52,632 nt of DNA from Bifidobacterium breve (GTDB taxonomy: Bacteria; Actinomycetota; Actinomycetes; S36-B12): positions 1-52,632 of the forward strand of contig CAMCSO010000003.1 of the NCBI GenBank assembly GCA_945877545.1, in the 5' to 3' direction. Shown here one piece after another: positions 29,479-36,360 of this stretch. The notes under the pieces are model-generated. The model made no database searches. It was not told the origin of the DNA and saw nothing but the letters and a program-made list of their open reading frames with translations. Positions within the stretch are counted from its first letter, which is position 1; each line of letters begins with the position of its first letter. The position numbers were made by a program, and so were the translations under genes.

Positions 29479-32400
29479 TCCACTGCTGCTCCCAGGGCTC
29501 GCGTGCCACAGTCTCCTGTCGGGAAGGCTCGCCCCTCTCACCGGAAGCGGGGAACTGCCCAGCTCTGGCCCGGCCGGCCGCACATCCGCGTACGGCGACT
29601 GGCGGAAGCCGCTCGCATGGACGAGTACTCGTTTGCTCATCGGGCCGTCGTCAACGAAGCGGTCGGCGTCGAGGATCCCAAGGAGTGCCTCGGCCCCGTT
29701 CGAGAGCCATAGATCGCGCACCCACCCCAACTCCCAGGCACCGGTCGCCCGGACCGACACACCTCGTGGGCCGGTCCGGCGGACCTCGCCCCGCACGAGG
29801 AGCAGCCATGATCCGAATACCGTTCGCGCGTACGGGCCCTGGGCATCCTCGAAGAAGGTGGCGTCGATTGGCCCGGTGGAGTCGTCGAGGGTCAGGAATA
29901 CGACACGCCGGCCCGAGCGGATCGGCGGGGTCTGCGTGGCAACCTTTACGCCAGCGATGAGCACCTCCTGGTGTGATCGGCAGGAGAGCATCCGGTTGGC
30001 CCGTGTCACGCCGAGTTGCCGGAGCAGTTCCGAATGGAAGTCCATGACATGGTGGCTGACATCAAGTCCGAGAACATCAAGTTCAGCACGGACAAGTTCA
30101 GACGCGCTCATCTCTGGAAGCCCTGACGGCTTCAACTCATCGTCACCGAGCGCAAATGACAACTGCGCCGTGCAGTCATTCGTGCTTCGGCTACTCCGCG
30201 CTAGGTCTGAGATCTGTAGGAGCAGGTCACGCCGGGTGATGCGGCCACGCTGACGAACCTTGCGGTCAGTGTTGAATCCGTAGACCGTGTCGAATGCTCC
30301 GGCGATGACGAGCCGCTCGATGGTCGGGCGGGCTAGGCCCGCACGGTGCCAGGCATCGACGAGCGACGAGTACGGCTGGCCGATCGCGATACTCGTCACC
30401 TCCTCATCGGAGATGCCCTTCACATCGGCGAATGGGAGTCGAATCCCCCAGGTAGCGTCCGGCCCGGACTCGACCCGGTAGGCCTCGGATGACCGATTGA
30501 TGTCCAGACCAAGAATCCGCACGCCGTGATTGCGGGCATCGTCAAGGATGAGCCGTTTTGGATACATGCCGGGATCGTGTGTGAGGATCCCGGCATAGAA
30601 GGGGGCCGGGTGATGAGCCTTCAACCATGCCGACTGATAGGTCGGCATGGCGAAAGCTGCGGCATGCGCCTTGCAGAAGCCGAATGAGGCGAACGACCGA
30701 AGCACATCCCATACCTTCTCGACTACGCCGAGCGCATAGCCCCGGCGAATCGCGGCAGGGTAAAACCAGACCCGGACCTCGTCAATGCCTGCTGGCGAGT
30801 TCATCGAACGCCTGCTTTCATCGGCCTCTGCCAATGAGCACCCGGTCATGATCTCGACGATGCGCATGACCTGCTCATGGAAGACCACAACACCGTAGGT
30901 TTCTTCGAGCACCTGCCGCAGGTCCTGATGGAGGTACTGCGGCGCGTTCCAGCCCTGGCGCGCCCGCAGGAACGGCGTGATCATGTCTGACTTCACCGGC
31001 CCGGGACGGAACAGCGAGATGTCGATGATGAGGTCGGCGAAGGTCTCCGGCGCGAACTTACCGATGAGTTCCCGCTGGCCCGGCGACTCGATCTGAAAAC
31101 AGCCGAGCGTACGGGTGGATCGGATGAGGTCAAAGGTCCGCTCATCGTCAAGTGCCGATGTGTCGAGTTCGATTCGCTCCCCCGTGGTCCTCTCGATCTC
31201 ATCGATCGCGTGGGCCATCGACGATTGCATTCGTACACCGAGCACATCAAGTTTGAGCAGGCCCATCTCTTCGACATCGACCTTGTCGAACTGGCTCATC
31301 GGATAGCCTGCGGCGCTCGGCTCGACCGGTGTCCGGTTGAGCAGCGAGGCATCCGAGAGCAGCACCCCGCACGGATGCAGGGCGACGTGTCGAGGCAGCC
31401 CATCAAGGGACTCGACGAGACTGAGGAATGAATCGAGGTCGCCCCGCGCAGCGAGCCTGCCGAAGCTGGAGTTGCGCAGTTCGGGCAGATCAGCGAGTGC
31501 TGCGCGGGCATCGCGCGCGCGGATATGCGGAAAGGCTTTGGCAAATAACCCGATATCACCGGGTGGCATGCCTAACGCTGCGCCCACATCGCGGACCGCA
31601 TGCCGCACCCGATATGTCTCCATCATCGACACACACGCCACACGTTCGGCCCCGAAGCGCTCGAAGATGAGGTCGTAGGCCTCAAGACGGCGGGCGGCCT
31701 CCACGTCAATATCAATGTCGGGCAGCACTCGGCGCAATGGCGACAAAAAGCGCTCCATAAGCAATCCGTGCCTGATCGGATCAACGCCCGAAATACCGAG
31801 GAGGTGATTGACGAGACTTCCCGCTCCTGATCCGCGGGCCGCAACCCTGATCCCCCGAGCCCTGATCAGCCTGACGACCTCGGCGACGGTGAGGAAGTAC
31901 CCGGCGAAGCCCAGCTTCGTGATGGTCTGCAGTTCATCGGTGAGCCTGACACGCGCAGCACCGCGGTCGACAGCACTCGGATAGGCCCCATTGATTGCAT
32001 GGGCACACTGCCGCTGCAGGATCCGGTCGGCTTCGCGGATCGACGAGGCTGTATCACTCGACACCTGCCGGTTCAGCAGCACATCGAGTTCGGGGACGAA
32101 GACCTCGCCAAGCCCGAGGTCGCCAGCCGGGTCGATCACGCACTCCTGCGCCAGATCGAGCGTGCTGCGTAGCAGGTCACTCGGATCACACCCAGCAACC
32201 GCCGAGATCTCAGCGGCCACCACTGCGAGTTCAGCGGGCGACTTCAGATGCGCCTCGCCATTGTTGAGCGAGAAGCGGTGCGAGCCGAGTGGCACGAGAA
32301 GTCGCGCCGAATCGAGTACATCGGCAACTCGTGCATCACTTCGGTCAAGGTGCCGCACAGCGTTCGTGAGCACGACCGGGATCCGCCATCCGTTCGCCCA

Positions 32401-33060
32401 CTGCCACATCCGGGCGTCCGACACGGTCGACGCTGGATGGCCTGCTGCGGTTCGGTGACTGGTGAGCGCGACCCGAAGGTCAAGAGCAGCGATCGAGCGC
32501 AGGGCCCGTAGCGAATCATCGGCGCGGTTCGCCCGGCCACTCGCGAGATGCAAAGCGAACTCCGATGTCCATCCGAGCAGTACGACCAGTCCTTCGCCGT
32601 GCTCCTCGAGCGCTTTCCATGGCAGCCACGGCATCCCCCGCTCGGTATGCGCGCCACCGTGGGCGATCGACACGACTCGGCACAGGGAGGCCCACCCGCG
32701 CCGGCCCTTCGCGAGAAGAACGACCCTCGGCCGATGCTCATCAATCCACTGCCCGCCACGGGCCGGGGTACGGCGGCTGGTGCTCAGCTTGGTATCCGGG
32801 ACCAGCTTGGTATCCGGGACCAGCTTGGTATCTGGAAGTAGCGACTCGACGGCAAGGTCGACACCGAGCACTGTCGCGATTGACCCTCGCTCACATGCCC
32901 GGACCCATTGCACCGCGCCATACAACCCATCACGGTCCGCGAGGCCGATGATGTTGTGCCCATCGGCGACCGCCCTGTCGATGAGCCGCTGGGGCGTCGA
33001 CGTTCCGTACTGCAGCGAGTAGCTCGATGCCACCTGCAGATGCGGCCATGCGTATGCCAT
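29473..33060 (-). CDS. dnaE2: Error-prone DnaE2-like C-family DNA polymerase
   Basis: RGSGAGS, PDIDID, KLDVLG, FQIESPGQ, GFCKAHAA, OB domain; PHP metal ligands absent; in LexA-boxed operon. Confidence 0.88.
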   Translation of the reverse strand: MAYAWPHLQVASSYSLQYGTSTPQRLIDRAVADGHNIIGLADRDGLYGAVQWVRACERGSIATVLGVDLAVESLLPDTKLVPDTKLVPDTKLSTSRRTPARGGQWIDEHRPRVVLLAKGRRGWASLCRVVSIAHGGAHTERGMPWLPWKALEEHGEGLVVLLGWTSEFALHLASGRANRADDSLRALRSIAALDLRVALTSHRTAAGHPASTVSDARMWQWANGWRIPVVLTNAVRHLDRSDARVADVLDSARLLVPLGSHRFSLNNGEAHLKSPAELAVVAAEISAVAGCDPSDLLRSTLDLAQECVIDPAGDLGLGEVFVPELDVLLNRQVSSDTASSIREADRILQRQCAHAINGAYPSAVDRGAARVRLTDELQTITKLGFAGYFLTVAEVVRLIRARGIRVAARGSGAGSLVNHLLGISGVDPIRHGLLMERFLSPLRRVLPDIDIDVEAARRLEAYDLIFERFGAERVACVSMMETYRVRHAVRDVGAALGMPPGDIGLFAKAFPHIRARDARAALADLPELRNSSFGRLAARGDLDSFLSLVESLDGLPRHVALHPCGVLLSDASLLNRTPVEPSAAGYPMSQFDKVDVEEMGLLKLDVLGVRMQSSMAHAIDEIERTTGERIELDTSALDDERTFDLIRSTRTLGCFQIESPGQRELIGKFAPETFADLIIDISLFRPGPVKSDMITPFLRARQGWNAPQYLHQDLRQVLEETYGVVVFHEQVMRIVEIMTGCSLAEADESRRSMNSPAGIDEVRVWFYPAAIRRGYALGVVEKVWDVLRSFASFGFCKAHAAAFAMPTYQSAWLKAHHPAPFYAGILTHDPGMYPKRLILDDARNHGVRILGLDINRSSEAYRVESGPDATWGIRLPFADVKGISDEEVTSIAIGQPYSSLVDAWHRAGLARPTIERLVIAGAFDTVYGFNTDRKVRQRGRITRRDLLLQISDLARSSRSTNDCTAQLSFALGDDELKPSGLPEMSASELVRAELDVLGLDVSHHVMDFHSELLRQLGVTRANRMLSCRSHQEVLIAGVKVATQTPPIRSGRRVVFLTLDDSTGPIDATFFEDAQGPYARTVFGSWLLLVRGEVRRTGPRGVSVRATGAWELGWVRDLWLSNGAEALLGILDADRFVDDGPMSKRVLVHASGFRQSPYADVRPAGPELGSSPLPVRGASLPDRRLWHASPGSSSGW
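32785..32835 (-). repeat. 18-bp in-frame tandem repeat in DnaE2 PHP loop (PDTKLV x about 3)
   Basis: cagcttggtatccgggac x2 plus near-identical third copy. Confidence 0.92.
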
Positions 33061-33130
33061 AAGTGATCAAATCCTTCGTGCATCGCCTCGGCTGAACCAC
33101 GAGACGTCATGGGAAGTCAGATGAGAAGGG

Positions 33131-33216
33131 GCAGTGGTCGCCAGTTCAACAAGACACGGGGGGTCGCCGAACTGGCGACCACTGCTGACCGGCTGCCGGG
33201 GGAACCAGCCGGGTCA
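33131..33216 (-). other. Tandem intergenic hairpins with C-rich loops
   Basis: Perfect 17-bp IR gcagtggtcgccagttc (33131-47) / gaactggcgaccactgc (33169-85), abutted by a second stem 33186-33216. Confidence 0.75.
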
Positions 33217-33224
33217 CAGGCCGA

Positions 33225-33710
33225 TCAGCCGGTATGTCGGAGACCGGCGATCAGCATGGTCTGATGGGGCAGGCCGAGCGCCCCGGTGACACGGGCCAAG
33301 AATGCATCGGCATCCCGGACAAGATCATCTGCCTCGCGGGCGGTGACGCATGGCACGCCCGCCTCCGCCGCGGAACGCTTGCGTGCACTGGCGGCAAAGA
33401 AGGCAGCCCATTCCGTGAACTCAATTGCCACCTCAGGCAGCACCACCCAAACGCTGCGGACCTGCCGCCGACGCTTGCCGTTTGGCTGGCTCCGAGTTGC
33501 GAGTACGGCCGCCGCCGCGCGCAGTGCGGCCAGATGCGCAGCCGCGTAACGCTCACAGGGCGTGCTCGCGATCACGGCCTCGGTCAGGCTCCTGCGCGCA
33601 GAAGCCACGAGATCTCGGGCCGATGCGGGCAGCGGCGCACGTGCAGGCGACCCGGTGCTGGCCGCACGCGGCAGGCAAACCGTCGCTACGGTGCTCGTCA
33701 GGGTGGTCAT
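33225..33710 (-). CDS. SAV_6107-family HEPN-domain protein
   Basis: ERYAAAHLAALRAAAAVLA, SVWVVLPEVA.EF.EWAAFFAA.A.KR.AAEAG, READDLVRDA; SD GAGGAG. Confidence 0.85.
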   Translation of the reverse strand: MTTLTSTVATVCLPRAASTGSPARAPLPASARDLVASARRSLTEAVIASTPCERYAAAHLAALRAAAAVLATRSQPNGKRRRQVRSVWVVLPEVAIEFTEWAAFFAASARKRSAAEAGVPCVTAREADDLVRDADAFLARVTGALGLPHQTMLIAGLRHTG

Positions 33711-33746
33711 GTCGCTCTCCTCGTCAATGCTGGATGTTCGACCCGG

Positions 33747-34040
33747 CTAATCACTGATCCTGAGGAGTTGCCATGCATCGGCAACCACCGCCAGGTCATA
33801 CACACCAGAGGTTCCGGTGCGCGATACCGCTTCGACCCGCCAGACATCGCGATGCGCTGCCCGACCATTCGACCCTGCTGAACCCAGTTCCCGCCACCAC
33901 AATGTCGCCTCGACCCAGCATGCAAGCACTTCCTGCACCTCGTAGCGCCGACCCTTCCAGCGAAACCCCGACGGAGCCCCGCTCTCATGCACGGTCACCC
34001 GAACCGCCTGGACGGTGGGTGACCTAAAACGGCGACTCAC
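33747..34040 (-). CDS. DUF6504-like small beta protein (ImuB C-terminal-domain-like)
   Basis: P.GFRWKGRRYEV.EVL..W.E...WW...RDVWRVEA...GVYDL...W.L.RI.D; start GTG 34040 with GAAAGG SD. Confidence 0.8.
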   Translation of the reverse strand: MSRRFRSPTVQAVRVTVHESGAPSGFRWKGRRYEVQEVLACWVEATLWWRELGSAGSNGRAAHRDVWRVEAVSRTGTSGVYDLAVVADAWQLLRISD

Positions 34041-34151
34041 CGGTGTCGGCCTTTCAGGTCGACCCGTCTGCCGGGCTCGGGGTCGAGGCGAGCTCGGCAG
34101 ACGGGTACGTGACCATTCGACCTCAGCCGCGAATCCGAGATCGAACCGTAT

Positions 34152-34167
34152 TCGAACATTTGTTCGA
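34152..34167. promoter_or_regulatory. LexA (SOS) box
   Basis: TCGAAC-ATTT-GTTCGA, exact actinobacterial consensus; palindrome extends 34146-34173. Confidence 0.95.
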
Positions 34168-34176
34168 ATACGGGAT

Positions 34177-34198
34177 ACGCTAGCCCCCGCCCCTGACA
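34177..34198 (-). promoter_or_regulatory. PafBC-type (RecA-NDp) DNA-damage promoter
   Basis: TGTCAG-N10-TAGCGT, matching TGTCRG-N10-TANNNT. Confidence 0.8.
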
Positions 34199-34290
34199 TC
34201 CGTCAATCCCTGTGTTTTTTGATTCGGTTTCGATATGGGTGCCGAGCGATGGATACTAGGAGCACCATCGAGAGTGTCGAAGGAGTCGCC

Positions 34291-34686
34291 ATGAGTGAGA
34301 AGGACAGCCAAGCCGACTGGCGAGGGGTCGGCGACTCAATCAAGGACCTCGGAAAGAAGCTCAAAGCGCACGCTGACGACGCGCAGGATGCCATCAAGTC
34401 CAGCAGCGCTCCGCTCACTGGTGTCGCAGAGCAGGTCGGTGCAGTGTTCAAGACCGGGATCGCAAAACTCGATGAGGCAGCGACCGATCCTGCCGTTGGC
34501 GCAGCAGCGCGTGGCGCAACCGGCAAGTTCCTCGACGCGCTTAAGGCGCAGCTCGGTGCTGACAAACCCAGCGCCGACAAACCGGCGCCAGTAACCGGAG
34601 AGGACGCAGCGCGCGACACGACCGAGCCAGCAACTGAGCAGCCCACCGACCCGCAACCCGATCCCAAGGCACCGTCTGGGACGTGA
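34291..34686 (+). CDS. Hypothetical helical protein with P/T/E-rich tail
   Basis: AAGGAG SD before ATG 34291; amphipathic WRGVGDSIKDLGKKLKAH. Confidence 0.7.
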   Translation: MSEKDSQADWRGVGDSIKDLGKKLKAHADDAQDAIKSSSAPLTGVAEQVGAVFKTGIAKLDEAATDPAVGAAARGATGKFLDALKAQLGADKPSADKPAPVTGEDAARDTTEPATEQPTDPQPDPKAPSGT

Positions 34687-34741
34687 CCGTGTTCGGCTCG
34701 CCAAGGACCCGATCACCTTCGGTCCCGCCGCCGGCGCCATC

Positions 34742-35038
34742 GTGTCACGTCCCCTGCAGGCAATGCTGATGCGTTATCGAATGCTCTCGTCATCCCGGTT
34801 GACGCTCTCCGTCGCCATTCTCGCAACGGCTTTTCTCACCCTTCGGCTCTCCCTTGAGGACTCACAGGTGACGATGCTCGTCGGACTCCTGCAGCCGGTA
34901 ACTCTCATCATCGGACTGGCCCTGTCCGTCATCGCAACGGTGAGTTCGATCGCATCCTTTCCGCTCTCAGCCCTGTCCACTCCGGCGGACAACGACACGC
35001 CGAAGGAAGAATTTATGTCTACTTCTGGACAATTTTAA
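34742..35038 (+). CDS. Hypothetical two-TM membrane protein
   Basis: Two hydrophobic stretches; start uncertain, no clear SD; tail runs into next promoter. Confidence 0.4.
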   Translation: MSRPLQAMLMRYRMLSSSRLTLSVAILATAFLTLRLSLEDSQVTMLVGLLQPVTLIIGLALSVIATVSSIASFPLSALSTPADNDTPKEEFMSTSGQF

Positions 35039-35055
35039 CTGTCTATGCATAGACT
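35016..35055 (+). promoter_or_regulatory. Sigma70-type promoter overlapped by two palindromic operators
   Basis: TGGACA-N18-TAGACT; TGTCTA-cttc-TGGACA (35016-31) and TGTCTA-tgca-TAGACT (35040-55). Confidence 0.65.
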
Positions 35056-35082
35056 AGTGACTTCAATATTTAGGAGGTCATT

Positions 35083-35310
35083 ATGAACATCAGGTTCTCC
35101 GCGCGCGGTGGTCACGGCCAGCCGCAGATACCGGTCAGCAGGCTACTGCCGTCACACCATGTGACGTCAGGCTTCTCCTATGCCTTGTGCCGATTCACCC
35201 TCGACTGCAGCTGTGGAGCGCACACTGACACCACTTACATCGATGAAGCCCTCGAGTGGGGCGAGATGCATGAGCTTCTCGCCCCACTCGCTGACGAGTT
35301 AGGAACCTGA
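35083..35310 (+). CDS. Small putative zinc-binding protein
   Basis: Strong TAGGAGG SD; HH...CSCG...W...H ligand pattern. Confidence 0.7.
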   Translation: MNIRFSARGGHGQPQIPVSRLLPSHHVTSGFSYALCRFTLDCSCGAHTDTTYIDEALEWGEMHELLAPLADELGT

Positions 35311-35731
35311 GCATGTCCAAACCGAATCGCTCAAAGAGTTCGACCACCAAGACCCTCAAGAAGACCACCAAGACCCTCAAGAAGGCCACGAAGACCCTCA
35401 AGAAGGCCACGAAGGACTGGCGCTCGGCCAAGAAGCGTAAGCGGGCCGCTCGCAATGCACTCGCCGCGCTCGTGAATAAGGCCGTGGGCCGTGGGGTCAT
35501 GTCGGAGAACAAGGTCGCCGCCACCGCCGAGTTAGGAACCTGAGCATGTCCAAACCGAATCACTCAAAGAGTTCGACCACCAAGGCCCTCGAGAAGGCCA
35601 CGAAGACCCTTGAGAAGGCCACGAAGGACTGGCGCTCGGCCAAGAAGCGTGAGCGGGCCGCTCGCAATGCACTCGCCGCGATCGTGAATGAGGCCGTGGG
35701 CAGTGGGGTCATGTCGGAGAACAAGGTCGCC
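35295..35731 (+). repeat. Tandem duplication, 233-bp period
   Basis: cgagttaggaacctgagcatgtccaaaccgaat starts at 35295 and 35528; near identity to aacaaggtcgcc. Confidence 0.95.
35313..35543 (+). CDS. Very basic truncated paralogue of downstream HTH protein
   Basis: 76 aa, KTLKKAT repeats, own AGGA SD; lacks second HTH helix. Confidence 0.65.
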   Translation: MSKPNRSKSSTTKTLKKTTKTLKKATKTLKKATKDWRSAKKRKRAARNALAALVNKAVGRGVMSENKVAATAELGT

Positions 35732-36070
35732 TCCATCACAGCCATTCCCCGGATGACGATACGCAAGATGCTCGGCAAGGACGATCTCCCAGCCGAGGCT
35801 GCTGCCACCGACGAGACGACTGTCGACGAACAATCCTCCGTCGAAGGGGACCCAGCGGTCGAGCTTGCCGTGATCGTCACTGACGAGGTGGCAGTAGACG
35901 AGACAGACGACGACGTGACAGACGCGGTCGAGACAGACGCGGACAAGGCGGACGCGGACAAGGCGGACGACGAGCCCGCGGAGACCGGCCCCTCAGTGGC
36001 GGCACCCGTCTTCGCACGTCCGGTCACACCGACCTGGGCCAGCCCACCCTCGTCGACCTTCACGACCTGA
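35546..36070 (+). CDS. Coiled-coil plus HTH protein with acidic disordered tail
   Basis: MSENKVASITAIPRMTIRKMLGK helix-turn-helix pattern; D/E-rich C-terminal half. Confidence 0.7.
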   Translation: MSKPNHSKSSTTKALEKATKTLEKATKDWRSAKKRERAARNALAAIVNEAVGSGVMSENKVASITAIPRMTIRKMLGKDDLPAEAAATDETTVDEQSSVEGDPAVELAVIVTDEVAVDETDDDVTDAVETDADKADADKADDEPAETGPSVAAPVFARPVTPTWASPPSSTFTT

Positions 36071-36221
36071 GCGCTCGACCAAGAGCGATTCACCACCGTG
36101 GCTTACCTAGTCGTCAGACCCTGAAGTTCGACATTGGCCTTCGGGTCATCGCAACCCGCGAGCATTCATGAGTGCGAGAACATCGATTGCAGTTTGCATC
36201 CGATTGTAGGCACCACAATGC

Positions 36222-36266
36222 GCCCTATCAGGTTACTCGTAAATACGGGCAACCTGATAGGGCTTT
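36222..36266 (+). terminator. Long stem-loop, probable terminator
   Basis: gccctatcaggtt...aacctgatagggc 13-bp perfect arms followed by TTT. Confidence 0.55.
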
Positions 36267-36269
36267 GCC

Positions 36270-36315
36270 GTGAAGACCACGATCGAACTACCTGACGACC
36301 TCGCCGCACAAGCTC
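36270..36315 (+). pseudogene. N-terminal remnant of ribbon-helix-helix (VapB/CopG-like) antitoxin
   Basis: GTG start gives MKTTIELPDDLAAQA, then similarity is lost; no toxin follows. Confidence 0.55.
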
Positions 36316-36360
36316 ACCATTGCCCGGTGATTGGATACAGATGTGCGTATCCTGTGAGGC

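Noticed and set aside
29473-33060. Replicative DnaE1, or an intein in dnaE
   Set aside because: PHP ligands lost, no tau-binding C-terminal domain, SOS-controlled; length and motifs continuous with no intein signature
33225-34040. HEPN-MNT toxin-antitoxin or anti-phage pair
   Set aside because: Partner lacks the GS...DxD nucleotidyltransferase motif; HEPN lacks canonical Rx4H position
34141-34156. Second full SOS box
   Set aside because: TCGAAC is followed by wrong spacing (3 nt then ATTCGA); counted only as a half-site
34291-36360. Prophage or IS element
   Set aside because: No integrase, transposase, structural gene, tRNA or flanking att repeats seen
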